A stretch of 64,000 nucleotides of DNA, from NCBI GenBank assembly GCA_011364905.1, contig RDNZ01000002.1, positions 32,001 through 96,000 on the forward strand. The letters are read 5' to 3'. This stretch comes from Candidatus Thorarchaeota archaeon (GTDB lineage: Archaea; Asgardarchaeota; Thorarchaeia; Thorarchaeales; Thorarchaeaceae). Below are positions 18,848 to 28,747 of the stretch, in pieces. Positions within the stretch are counted from its first letter, which is position 1. Every line of letters starts with the position of its first letter. The notes under the pieces were generated by a model, which made no database searches, was not told where the DNA came from, and was given only the letters and a program-made list of their open reading frames with translations. A program made the position numbers and the translations under genes.

Positions 18848-19678
18848 GTGTCAATTAAAGGAATGGTAATTGTGTCTCAAACTGAAGTGGATATTCAGGA
18901 ATTAATCGAGGATCTCGGTCTTAATCCAAAGGATGCAGATAAGTGGCATAGTCTTGGAGTTGCATATCTTTCAATAAATGAAGCAGACAAGGCAGAGGAT
19001 GCATTCAACCAGTGTCTTAGAATCAACAAAAACCATGCTTTTGCCCTGGGAGACCTTGGAGGACTATTCATTCTGAGAGGCAAAAACAAGAAAGCCGTCA
19101 AGTATTTGGAGAAATCTGTCAAACTCGAACCAGGGAGGTTCGAGTACTGGTCAACCCTTGGAGTTGCGTATTTCCAAAAAGGGAAGTTCGACGATGCAGT
19201 AGAGGCATTCCAAAACAGCCTAGCAATAAATCCCACATACTACGATGCTATAGTGTCTCTAGGGATGACCTACAGCAGGATGGAACTGTGGGAGGACGCT
19301 CTTAAAACACTCACTCAGGCTGAAACATTTGTCCCCAACAATTACCATGCACTCAAAGGCATCGCGAAGTCGCTGAGGAACCTCGACAGGATGGAGGATC
19401 TTGAGCAATTGTATCGAAAGATGCACATGCTTTTCCCGAAAGACCCGGCTTTTGCCATGTATTTGGGAAAGATGGAATTCGATCGCGGTAATACAAAAGA
19501 GGGCCTGGCTTACTACAGGAAAGCAGTCGAGATTGACCCTCGAGCACTTATTGGTTGGAAAGTTCTTTCAGAGGCACTTCATAAATTGGGGATGCATGAG
19601 GAGGCTCAAAAGGCTCACTTGAAGTACAAGGAAATTGAAGAGCAGTTGAAAAAGGAGAATGTTCGTTTGGTTGGGTAG
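18848..19678 (+). CDS. Tetratricopeptide repeat protein
   Basis: Repeated W..LG..Y......A...F..AL..NP units. Confidence 0.9.
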   Translation: MSIKGMVIVSQTEVDIQELIEDLGLNPKDADKWHSLGVAYLSINEADKAEDAFNQCLRINKNHAFALGDLGGLFILRGKNKKAVKYLEKSVKLEPGRFEYWSTLGVAYFQKGKFDDAVEAFQNSLAINPTYYDAIVSLGMTYSRMELWEDALKTLTQAETFVPNNYHALKGIAKSLRNLDRMEDLEQLYRKMHMLFPKDPAFAMYLGKMEFDRGNTKEGLAYYRKAVEIDPRALIGWKVLSEALHKLGMHEEAQKAHLKYKEIEEQLKKENVRLVG

Positions 19679-19759
19679 CTAAATAGAAACTGGAAAATGC
19701 ACATTCTAGCCACCAGACTCTCCAAAGGGCTTTGGAACTAAGTAAGCTTTGATAAAAAC

Positions 19760-20536
19760 TTAGCCAAATTTGAAACTGGTCATGGAAATTGAGCCAAGAA
19801 TGATTCTCTGATTATGTATATCATAGGTCCAATCCGATCCAGCTGCACCTTTTGCATAAAGAAGGGGAAGATAGTGATCCAAGGTCGGATGTGCTTTCTT
19901 TACCAGGTCTTGCAGATTCGGGAAATCAATGAGCATCTCGATATCTTTTTCATTGAGAGCACTCAAGACTACATTTTCAAATTCCAGCGCATATTTGTGA
20001 ATCGAACCGGGGTTGTGCCAATCAACTGCAAGAAGGTTATGCACCAGATTGCCGCTCCCGATGATGAGAACCCCCTGATCCCGGAGGAAAGCCAAACGCT
20101 TTCCAAGTTCAAAATGGAAACGAGGCGGTTTTGTATAATCAATGCTGAGTTGAAGTGTGGGGATGTTGGCGTCAGGGTACATTTGTCTCAGAACGACCCA
20201 GGTCCCATGATCGAGCCCCCAGGATTGATCAGGTCTAATAGAAATGTCCTTGATTGACTCAGAGATGGTGTTTGCAAGTTCAGGTGCTCCCGGAGCAGGA
20301 TACTGTTGTTCGTATAGCGCGGGAGGAAATCCATAGAAATCATAGATTGTTTTTGGTCGCTCCATTGCTGTCACTTTAGTTGAAGGAATGAACCAGTGAG
20401 CTGAAACACAAAGAATGGCGTTAGGAATTGCGATTGATTCTGCAATCTCTCTCCATCCCTCCGTAAACTCGTTTTCTTCAACCGCATTCATCGGAGACCC
20501 GTGACCAACAAAAAGCGTAGGCATTCTTGCAGACAT
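19760..20536 (-). CDS. ygiD: 4,5-DOPA extradiol dioxygenase (LigB family)
   Basis: FVGHGSPMN, VSAHW, DFYGFP, GLDHGTW, GSGNLVHNL, HPTLDHYLPL. Confidence 0.9.
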   Translation of the reverse strand: MSARMPTLFVGHGSPMNAVEENEFTEGWREIAESIAIPNAILCVSAHWFIPSTKVTAMERPKTIYDFYGFPPALYEQQYPAPGAPELANTISESIKDISIRPDQSWGLDHGTWVVLRQMYPDANIPTLQLSIDYTKPPRFHFELGKRLAFLRDQGVLIIGSGNLVHNLLAVDWHNPGSIHKYALEFENVVLSALNEKDIEMLIDFPNLQDLVKKAHPTLDHYLPLLYAKGAAGSDWTYDIHNQRIILGSISMTSFKFG

Positions 20537-20652
20537 GTTTTATCACGCTAAATCAGAACCTATTGCTATAAACAGTGATGTAGCTGCATCTTTGAAATTG
20601 TCGTCAGATAGGTATGGTTAATTTCCAATGGTTGATGCATAGCACGGTCAAA

Positions 20653-23040
20653 ATGATAAGAGAACTAAAAGCTGAGGAAGTAAGAGCAGCATTTGAGAGA
20701 GGAAAAATGCAGTGTAAGACCACTGCTGAAATTTCGCCACTCGACGAAATCATCGGGCAGGGTCGAGCATTACGTGCATTGAAGTTTGGTTTCGAGATAG
20801 ACGAAAAAGGTTTCAATATCTATGCTGCAGGCCAACCAGGAACTGGAAAAACAACTACTGTGGAAGGATACCTTGAAGATGTTGCTAAGTCCAGACTTCC
20901 TCCATTTGATTGGTGTTATGTTCACAATTTCAAGTCACCAGCAGAACCTAATGCCATTAGACTGCCACAAGGACATGCTATGGATTTCAAGAAGGACATT
21001 GGAAATCTGATTGATAATGTGAAAAAAGTTCTCCCAGAGATTTTTCAGAGTGAGGACTATGCCAACAGGAAGAAAGCTGCTTTAGAATCAGCAGAAAAGC
21101 AAAGAAATGATTTACTCGCAGAAATTAGTAAGAAAGCCACAACAAAGGGATTTGCGCTCCAAAGTTCGCCAAGCGGTCTCCTCGTAGTACCCACGCTTGA
21201 GGGACGACCTCTTGATCAGAAGGAGTTCGCCGCCCTCAGTCCAGACGAAATGGCAAAAATAGCTAAAGCTCGTGAAGAGCTGGAGGGTGAACTCAGAAAT
21301 ACAATGCACGAATTGAGAGAAATCGACTCCAAGGCAAAAGAAGCACTTGAGGAATTGAATCGAAAAGTTGCACTGTACGCAATTGACCACTTTGTCGATT
21401 ATCTTAAAGAAAAATACTCCAAGATTGAGGAAGTTGTGAAATACCTGGAGTCGATTCAAGAAGACATTCTTGACAATCTTGATGCATTCGTCATGGATTC
21501 CGATGCTCCGCCTCCTTCTCAAGAAGCGGCAATAGCTATTATCCAGTTCTTTAGGAAATATGAAGTCAATGTTCTTGTAAACAACGAGGGGGTATCTGGT
21601 GCACCGGTAATCGTGGAGCCAAATCCAACGCATCTCAATCTCTTTGGGCAAGCTGAGAAGGAAGCAAGATTCGGAGTCCTAACGACAGATTTCACGTTGA
21701 TACGTCCCGGGAGCCTTCATAAAGCCAATGGAGGCTATCTAATAATTCCAATACAAGAGTTGCTTGCAGCCCCATTTGCATATGACAGTTTGAAGAGAGC
21801 ACTGAAGAACGAAGAGATAACAATTGAAGATGCGCAGGAGTCTTCGGGAGTATTGACTGCCAGAGGACTCAAACCCGAACCAATGAAACTCAAAGTCAAG
21901 GTGGTTCTAATTGGAAATCCTGAATTGTATGACTTGCTGTACACAAAAGATCCTGACTTCAGAGAGTTGTTCAAGGTGAAAGCTCATTTCGATTCCTCAA
22001 TGGATCGAAATGATGAAAATATCGCAAAGTATTGTGCGGCCATAACTTCTGTGTGTGAAAAAGAAGGACTAAAACATCTAGACACGGAGGCAATTGCCAA
22101 GGTCATAGAATACAGTTCGAGACTGGCAGAGGACCAAAGCAAGGTTTCCACTAGATTCTCGGAGGTAGCGGACATAATTCGTGAGGCGACCTTCTACGCT
22201 GAGAAAGAGAATGTTGAGTACGTGACTGGTTCACATGTGGCGAAGGCAATTGAGGAGAAGATATACCGCTCGAATTTGGTACAAGAGAAAATACAAGAAA
22301 TGATCTCACGAAACATGATACTTATCGATACGGAAGGAGAGAAGGTCGGTCAACTAAACGGATTGGCAGTCATAAGTTATGGAGATGTGTCCTTTGGTGG
22401 TCCATCAAGAATAACTGCAAGTGTTGGTGCGGGAAGGCAAGGTATTGTTGATATTGAGAGAGAAGCGAATCTAGGTGGCCCGATACACACCAAAGGAGTC
22501 ATGATTCTTGGAGGATTTCTTTCCCGGTTATTTGCATACAACAAACCTCTTGGTCTGGCGGCTAGGCTCGTATTCGAACAAAGCTACTCTGGAGTAGATG
22601 GTGATAGTGCGTCTAGTACAGAGCTCTATGCAATCCTATCAGAACTCTCAGGTGTCCCTGTGAAGCAGCAATATGCGGTCACTGGATCAGTGAATCAAAA
22701 TGGTGAAGTTCAGGCGATTGGTGGAGTCAATGAGAAGATTGAGGGTTTCTTTGATGTATGTAAAGTCAAAGGTTTCACTGGCGTACAAGGAGTAGTGATT
22801 CCAGAAAGCAATGCACAGAATCTAATGCTGAGAGAGGATATTGTGGAGGCAGTCAAGGCTGGAAAATTCCATATCATCACAGTAAGCACCATAGCGGAAG
22901 GGATTGAAGTCTTGACAGGTATGAAAGCAGGTGAGAAACAGCCTGATGGCTCATTTGAAAAAGACACGGTTTACTACAAGGTTGACATGCGCCTTAGTGA
23001 GATGGCTGAAGTTCTTAAACAATATCCGGGCTATGTCTAG
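20653..23040 (+). CDS. LonC-type (soluble) Lon-like protease
   Basis: GQ.RA, GQPGTGKT, long coiled-coil insert, GSLHKANGG, DGDSASSTE catalytic Ser, GGVNEKIEGF catalytic Lys; ORF from 20614. Confidence 0.9.
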   Translation: MIRELKAEEVRAAFERGKMQCKTTAEISPLDEIIGQGRALRALKFGFEIDEKGFNIYAAGQPGTGKTTTVEGYLEDVAKSRLPPFDWCYVHNFKSPAEPNAIRLPQGHAMDFKKDIGNLIDNVKKVLPEIFQSEDYANRKKAALESAEKQRNDLLAEISKKATTKGFALQSSPSGLLVVPTLEGRPLDQKEFAALSPDEMAKIAKAREELEGELRNTMHELREIDSKAKEALEELNRKVALYAIDHFVDYLKEKYSKIEEVVKYLESIQEDILDNLDAFVMDSDAPPPSQEAAIAIIQFFRKYEVNVLVNNEGVSGAPVIVEPNPTHLNLFGQAEKEARFGVLTTDFTLIRPGSLHKANGGYLIIPIQELLAAPFAYDSLKRALKNEEITIEDAQESSGVLTARGLKPEPMKLKVKVVLIGNPELYDLLYTKDPDFRELFKVKAHFDSSMDRNDENIAKYCAAITSVCEKEGLKHLDTEAIAKVIEYSSRLAEDQSKVSTRFSEVADIIREATFYAEKENVEYVTGSHVAKAIEEKIYRSNLVQEKIQEMISRNMILIDTEGEKVGQLNGLAVISYGDVSFGGPSRITASVGAGRQGIVDIEREANLGGPIHTKGVMILGGFLSRLFAYNKPLGLAARLVFEQSYSGVDGDSASSTELYAILSELSGVPVKQQYAVTGSVNQNGEVQAIGGVNEKIEGFFDVCKVKGFTGVQGVVIPESNAQNLMLREDIVEAVKAGKFHIITVSTIAEGIEVLTGMKAGEKQPDGSFEKDTVYYKVDMRLSEMAEVLKQYPGYV

Positions 23041-23111
23041 AGTGGCAGAGTACTAGTCTTTGGGGAGTTTGCTCGGGAAAATGCGGATCCCCCATTCCAT
23101 TGTGCAATGAC

Positions 23112-23810
23112 CTAGAGCAGAAATACAGCGAGAATTCCAGTCAAGAAGACTCCATCCCAGGTGCCCGCCCCACCAATTGATGCCTTTCCTGTTCTCAGAC
23201 TGGATAGTTTACCCAAATTGGATATGTCAGCTCCTATCAAAGTGCCAAGTGTGCCAGAAACATAAGCAAGGGCGTATCCATTATAGGATCCTGGAATGAC
23301 AGTAATCATTGCGATGGTAACAAAAACTGCCACCAAAGCCGGGAGTAAACCGGGAGTTAGAATTCCAACATTTGGCTCGAGCCTTGCAACCCTGTGAACA
23401 ACAAGGCCGACAATTGTAACAGCGATCACAAACTGAATGATAGCAGTCGGATTTACTACTACTAAGTAGCCACTGACCAAAATAGGGATGATTGCTCCGC
23501 CAAGATTAATGCTAATCTGCGTTTCGCCGGGACATTCGGGTTGAAAGACCTGATAGTTCACACCATAATAAGCAACATGTGTTTCATCCGTGCAAGGAGC
23601 CGGATCGGATTCGATTGTGTACAGAGGTATGTTAACTACACTACCAAGAAGTGAACCAGGTATGATTAGAATAACTAACCAAAGTGGAATTCCAAGGTTC
23701 AGAAAAGCAATCCCAGCAGCTTGAAGAAAGAACAAGCTTAGAATTGCAAAGGCAATGATTGTGAATGCAGAAAAACTGCCTTTTCCATGTTGAAGCCGTA
23801 CTTGACTCAT
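23112..23810 (-). CDS. DUF1614 family membrane protein
   Basis: GS.VNIP, INLGGAIIP, GTLIGAD, SIGGAGTWDGVFLTG. Confidence 0.88.
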   Translation of the reverse strand: MSQVRLQHGKGSFSAFTIIAFAILSLFFLQAAGIAFLNLGIPLWLVILIIPGSLLGSVVNIPLYTIESDPAPCTDETHVAYYGVNYQVFQPECPGETQISINLGGAIIPILVSGYLVVVNPTAIIQFVIAVTIVGLVVHRVARLEPNVGILTPGLLPALVAVFVTIAMITVIPGSYNGYALAYVSGTLGTLIGADISNLGKLSSLRTGKASIGGAGTWDGVFLTGILAVFLL

Positions 23811-23910
23811 CCTAGTTCAGAAGTTTCTTTCTTTAATATGCTTTTGAAAATTCTTGTATGTAGAAGAAGCGAACTCCAGCTTGAAACTCATTTGACAGTT
23901 AAGTTGCTTG

Positions 23911-24459
23911 CTAATCTTTGGGGAGTCCGAAATATCTTGGAGTTTCCCTCAAGTATGTCTGATATGACTCGCCGTATTTCTTAGTCAAAAACTCCTCCTC
24001 AAGTAGAGTAGTCCAGTGAAGATAGGGAATGGTAATGAAGAAATACAGAAGGAAAATCAGGCTCCAGATTGAATTGGACCAGCCAATAAGTGTCAGACCC
24101 AGGAAAAAGATGGCCCATCCGAGATATATTGGATTTCTTGAGTATCGATGAATTCGTGTTGTTGTGAGTCCGGAGTTGTGAGCAAACGAATAAAGTGCCA
24201 TCACACCGATAGCCATTCCCGCAATAGAAATACTTAGACCGATGTAAAACAGAATTCCGAAATTCACAGGGGTAAAAATACTGACTATGAATCCCCCAAT
24301 GATCCAGGTCAAAGCACCTGCAACTACCTTTTTACCTGCAAACAGGAACTCAGGATCGTCAAACGGTTCACCCCGTTTTCTGTTTGCCCATGTTTGAATA
24401 GAATAAGCGATGATATAGCCTCCAAGGTAGAAAACCCATAGATTGAAGATGCCAACCAA
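23911..24459 (-). CDS. ICMT/PEMT-like membrane methyltransferase
   Basis: YSRNPIYLG, EE.FL..KYG..Y..Y....PRY. Confidence 0.85.
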   Translation of the reverse strand: MVGIFNLWVFYLGGYIIAYSIQTWANRKRGEPFDDPEFLFAGKKVVAGALTWIIGGFIVSIFTPVNFGILFYIGLSISIAGMAIGVMALYSFAHNSGLTTTRIHRYSRNPIYLGWAIFFLGLTLIGWSNSIWSLIFLLYFFITIPYLHWTTLLEEEFLTKKYGESYQTYLRETPRYFGLPKD

Positions 24460-24623
24460 GTATTATCGACCTCCCGGAAAAGAATGAAACTAACTTTCCA
24501 ATGAACTGGCAAAATATCACGCTTATAAGTTACTAGTTTTGGAAACAAAAGCATGCATAGGATTTGTGCTGAAACGGAGCACAAATGAATCCATCAAAAG
24601 AGAAAAGGAACTCTGGGATTTAC

Positions 24624-24660
24624 GGAAAGAAAAGGTAGGTGCAGAGATCACCCCTGCACC
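24624..24660 (-). terminator. Hairpin terminator
   Basis: Minus strand GGTGCAGGG-GTGAT-CTCTGCACC stem followed by TACCTTTTCTTT, just after the stop at 24677. Confidence 0.55.
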
Positions 24661-24676
24661 AAATTGATACTCTCCC

Positions 24677-25060
24677 TCATTTCTTCATCTTGGCTTCGTA
24701 GAAAGCATAAATGAAGAGTAACAAGAGAAATGTTGTCAATGCAACTTGTGCAAACATTACAACGGGAATAATAGCAATTGCAATTGCGTACAGCTCTACA
24801 ATGAGTCCGATTATCAAAAATGTCAGATTCATGTAGACGACAAGTTCAACATTCTCCCAAGATGAGGCACGATAGGCAAGTAGATTGCCAATAGCGAATC
24901 CGAGGAACAAAGCACCAATGAAGCGATCTGCAAACTCCTCATATGGGAAGGTGAACAGATCTGCATGAGATTTAGGGATTATTAGCATCCAAAGGCCATA
25001 GACAAGAGCAACTAGTCCATCAATCAATAATGAATATTTCAGAAACTTCGAAATCTCCAT
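24677..25060 (-). CDS. Small four-TM membrane protein
   Basis: Four hydrophobic segments; GGTGGT before the ATG; ORF extends to 25105. Confidence 0.75.
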   Translation of the reverse strand: MEISKFLKYSLLIDGLVALVYGLWMLIIPKSHADLFTFPYEEFADRFIGALFLGFAIGNLLAYRASSWENVELVVYMNLTFLIIGLIVELYAIAIAIIPVVMFAQVALTTFLLLLFIYAFYEAKMKK

Positions 25061-25191
25061 TTTCTTACCACCACGTCCATTTTGAACAGGACCATAAGAA
25101 CTCATAGAACTTTGATTAAAATCTTGTGTGAAAAAAAGAGTTTGTATTGGAATTGTATAATCGGAATAGAAATGGGGATATTTCTCGGATT

Positions 25192-26592
25192 CTAGTCTTC
25201 AACAAGTGTGTTTTGAAAACTGAATCCTTTCCACAAGAGCAATGCTCCGATACTTGACACCAGACCACTCAACAAAAGCACTACAGGAATGCCAGAAACC
25301 GAGATTAACCAACCAATAAGAGCAACTTGAGGTATTGCAGCCAACACTACAAGAGTAGGTAACAATGAGTAGACTCCGTTTCGAATTCTATTGGGAATAA
25401 CATCAATCAATACACGGATCCATAGAATAGCTGCGACAGTGAAGAAAACTCCTCCACCAAACCATACTGTGAGAATTAGGAAAATTGGCACGATTGATTC
25501 AGAGGGCACCTTAAGGAATACTATGTTTGTGAATGGAATAGCAACATCGATCAGCTCCGAATTGACCAGTGATGGAGGGAAAACGAGCATGATTATCGCG
25601 AAGAGCCAAAAGAACAATGCTCCTGAGGACTGAATGAATCTAAAACGAGAGACCCATCTTCTGGGTTCAAACCTTTTAGCCCAAACTCCTGATCGCTCCC
25701 AGAGAAATGCGAACACGACAAACACAGTTGTCATCAGAAGAGCTACTGCAAAGTCAGAGGTCAAGTATTCATACAGATATGGATACATGATCAGCTCGGC
25801 CCATGTGAATCCAATGCTCAGGAATAGAGTATTCCCAAGAATGATGTACTTCAGAAAAGGACTGCTAATGATATGTCGGGCGCCTTCTTTCAGGAGTGAG
25901 AAGTACTTGACTTCAACTTCATCTGTTTGTCCAAGCTCGCGTTTGATAGGGATATCACGAACTAGCATGACCGAAGCGACAGCAATCAGCATACAAGCTA
26001 TGGACTGTATTTGAAATACGAAAGCGCGTGCAACCAGTACTGCAATAAAAGCTCCGGGCAAGATAGCAAGAGCACGTGAGATCCTGAGGAACATAGCCTG
26101 CTTTCCCACGAAGACACCGTAATGCGCTTTATCGTTGTCCTCAGGAACCGTCAACGTGTAGTTGTTATCAAACCACGAGTCAAGTGCGCCACTCTCTTGT
26201 GATGCAGCGACACCCATCAGGATATACACTACCAGAAACAGACCAAATGGTGAACTTGCAGTGATTAGTGAAACTATGTAAAAAGCAGCTGAATACGTCA
26301 GAAATGCTGAGGCTAGTACCCATCGCTGGCCAACCAGGTCTCCAAGTGTACCTGTGGGGTAATCAAGAAGAGTCTGCACAACTTTTTGAACAACTATGAA
26401 CACGCCTGCCAGCGCCAAGCCGTTGATATAGGAGCCATTCCCTAGAGCCTCTGCGATGAATATGAGGTAGAAGGTAGCCGAGATACTAATTGCCGCAGTC
26501 ATTGATGTCGATAGGCCAAGAAAGGTGGCGGCTAGCCTAGTTACCTCTGGTTTTTCTCCCTGTAGACCAAAGTAAGAAGTGATTCTACCCAC
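25192..26592 (-). CDS. MFS transporter
   Basis: DYPTG.LGD.VG.R motif A variant, SGAL.SW, about 12 TM; paralogue of 60749..62167. Confidence 0.88.
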   Translation of the reverse strand: MGRITSYFGLQGEKPEVTRLAATFLGLSTSMTAAISISATFYLIFIAEALGNGSYINGLALAGVFIVVQKVVQTLLDYPTGTLGDLVGQRWVLASAFLTYSAAFYIVSLITASSPFGLFLVVYILMGVAASQESGALDSWFDNNYTLTVPEDNDKAHYGVFVGKQAMFLRISRALAILPGAFIAVLVARAFVFQIQSIACMLIAVASVMLVRDIPIKRELGQTDEVEVKYFSLLKEGARHIISSPFLKYIILGNTLFLSIGFTWAELIMYPYLYEYLTSDFAVALLMTTVFVVFAFLWERSGVWAKRFEPRRWVSRFRFIQSSGALFFWLFAIIMLVFPPSLVNSELIDVAIPFTNIVFLKVPSESIVPIFLILTVWFGGGVFFTVAAILWIRVLIDVIPNRIRNGVYSLLPTLVVLAAIPQVALIGWLISVSGIPVVLLLSGLVSSIGALLLWKGFSFQNTLVED

Positions 26593-26677
26593 ACGTATTA
26601 CCCTGTACTAGATTGAAAGTCGCTTACTAATAATTCGTACGTCAAGAAGAAGTGGAGCCGGCTCTGGGATTTGCACC
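26591..26677. repeat. 87-bp direct repeat copy A (tRNA-Cys 3' end + downstream flank up to the MFS start)
   Basis: 79/87 ungapped identity with 28629..28715. Confidence 0.9.
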
Positions 26678-26728
26678 CAGGTAAAACAGCTCTGCAGGCT
26701 GTCGCGTAAGCTTCTCCGCCAAACTGAC
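26653..26728 (-). pseudogene. Degenerate full-length tRNA-Cys(GCA) copy
   Basis: 73/76 identical to 29962..30037; acceptor 5' strand GTCAGTT gives an A4-C69 mismatch and an extra G-U pair. Confidence 0.8.
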
Positions 26729-26836
26729 TTGGATGGTTTGTTGGATTAGCCTATTTACTAAAAATGATGTTGGCAAAAGCTGAAGGCAATTCTTCTAGGT
26801 TGATGATTTGCATCAATTTACCCATAGGCAAGACTT

Positions 26837-28267
26837 TCAAAGACGAACCAGTAACCAGAGATAGTACCCCGGATTAAAGGTATAGACACCAATGGGACTA
26901 TAAAGAGAGAATGATGGATCATTCACGAGTGCAATTTCCTGAGCGATAAATGGGACAATAGTCGTATCACTTGAGCTCACGATGACTAAATAGTCAGGTT
27001 CCAAGTTGTAGACGTAATCAGGATTGTATCCCGATTTATTGAATACTTCGGGTGTCAGTAATCCATACGTATCTATTGTTCGAAGTTTTGAGTAAAAAGG
27101 AATTGCGCCAACGTCGCTAACAGCAATCACTGAGTCAGGCGGAGCATTTTCGAATAGATACTTCCCAATTTGGATATGTGCATTTTCTAGGCTTTGACCA
27201 TATGCCAGTGCGTGATCAGAAACAGCTCCAATTCTCGAAACAGGTGCAAAAAGAATAATCATAATTGGTATAACATATCTAAGACGCCACAATAGTTGAT
27301 AGAATTCCTGTAAGTTATGCGTAATTCTTGGTTCAACTTTTTTCGCAATTGTATATAACCTAATTCCAAATTCAGTGCTTAGGATTACAAGGGGGACAAT
27401 TGCAGGGAATAGGAATCTGAAATCATAAGCCATGATGGGTTCCCAGATCCATGTGACAAGAACTAAAGCAACCAATAAGACAAGGTTTCGCAGTGTTGGT
27501 AAATTCGGCTTTTCGATTTCTATCAAAGACATAGCCATTGCAAAGAATAATGGAATGAAATACAGAATGAATTGAAATGATGTATAAATAGAGAGTCGGG
27601 ATAAAAAGCCAACAGTCTTGAATGCTGTAGGGGATGAAAACAGTGTTCCGAAATACAGCAAACGGCCTATCTGAAAAACGACAATTGGAATACCGACTAC
27701 AATACTCGAAATGAAACTATCCCTATTTCTATGGTACAAAATATCCAGTGAAAGCATTGCCAAAACAATTAATGAGCCTTCTGTCCGAGTGATAGCTACA
27801 AAGAAGGCGAATATCAATCTTTCAAAAAGACTATGATCATATCGCCATATCAACAGAACGATAAACAGCATATAGGTGGCTGTTTCCATTCCGGAAATGC
27901 TGTGAACACCTGAAGCAGGGATAACGGCCAGTAACAGAGGAGGAATAAAAGCATACTCCCGAGAGAAGTTCTGCAGGGTTATTCGATTGAGGACAATTAA
28001 GATTGCGTGAAATGAAATGATCCCTAAAAACTTTGAGACAACTACTAAATCTGCTCCGAAAAAGGCAAATGGAGCAAGTAAGACTGTCAAGAAGAAGGTT
28101 GAAGAACCTTCGAGGGGCGCATCACCTATGTTCCACACAAACTGACCAGTTTTGGCAAGGTTTTCTGCAAATCTAAATGTAATGAATGCGTCATCAACGG
28201 TAAATTGATACATCAGTATTTGATAAGCGAGAAGAATTACATGTGGAATGAAATTTCGTAGTTGCAT
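26837..28267 (-). CDS. Polytopic GT-C-type glycosyltransferase-like membrane protein
   Basis: DDAFITFRFAENL..G..VWN.G..P.EG.S loop, SGMET, RTEG, RFL.P, C-terminal DVGAIPFYS...IDTYGL. Confidence 0.75.
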   Translation of the reverse strand: MQLRNFIPHVILLAYQILMYQFTVDDAFITFRFAENLAKTGQFVWNIGDAPLEGSSTFFLTVLLAPFAFFGADLVVVSKFLGIISFHAILIVLNRITLQNFSREYAFIPPLLLAVIPASGVHSISGMETATYMLFIVLLIWRYDHSLFERLIFAFFVAITRTEGSLIVLAMLSLDILYHRNRDSFISSIVVGIPIVVFQIGRLLYFGTLFSSPTAFKTVGFLSRLSIYTSFQFILYFIPLFFAMAMSLIEIEKPNLPTLRNLVLLVALVLVTWIWEPIMAYDFRFLFPAIVPLVILSTEFGIRLYTIAKKVEPRITHNLQEFYQLLWRLRYVIPIMIILFAPVSRIGAVSDHALAYGQSLENAHIQIGKYLFENAPPDSVIAVSDVGAIPFYSKLRTIDTYGLLTPEVFNKSGYNPDYVYNLEPDYLVIVSSSDTTIVPFIAQEIALVNDPSFSLYSPIGVYTFNPGYYLWLLVRL

Positions 28268-28436
28268 GCGCCTACATCCCAATTACGAGCTTTTCTTATC
28301 TTGCGCGATGGAACTTGCACATAATTTAACTTTTCCCAGTCTCTAGGCAACTGTATATAGAAAAGGGAGAACTCAATGATTCGCGTGCCCTCCTTTGCTG
28401 GGCACGCAAAAGTCAAGCTGATACAAGTGGCATTAG

Positions 28437-28634
28437 TTATCTGTGGCGATACTTCCTGAGGAAGGCTATGCCATCTGTGCCATTTGTTTCATTTGAGCCA
28501 ACACTGAATAGTAAAGCTCCACCTCTAATCAGTAATCGATGAAAGTCCATGAAAAGACGGAGGTGCATGGTCCTTGGGATACGAAAGACCGCATATGTCG
28601 AAACGATACCATCAAATGTTTCGTTATAACACAT
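28437..28634 (-). pseudogene. Fragment of a class I SAM-dependent methyltransferase
   Basis: ETFDGIVSTYAVFRIPR...RLLIRGGALLFS matches the C-terminal half of the fold; motif I absent; begins at the repeat boundary. Confidence 0.6.
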
Positions 28635-28715
28635 ATTACCCTATACTAGGTTGATGGTCGCTTACTAATAATTCGTACGTCAAGAAGAAATGGAGCAGGC
28701 TCTGGGAATTGCACC
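28629..28715. repeat. 87-bp direct repeat copy B, includes the 3' 25 nt of tRNA-Cys (28691..28715), att-like
   Basis: 79/87 identity to 26591..26677; homology breaks in the T-arm. Confidence 0.9.
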
Positions 28716-28747
28716 TTGAGGAATCGGTTTACAACTCAGATTCAATT

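Noticed and set aside
24611-24621. 11-nt match CTCTGGGATTT to the tRNA-Cys 3' end
   Set aside because: Too short; a match of this length to some part of a tRNA is expected by chance in 64 kb
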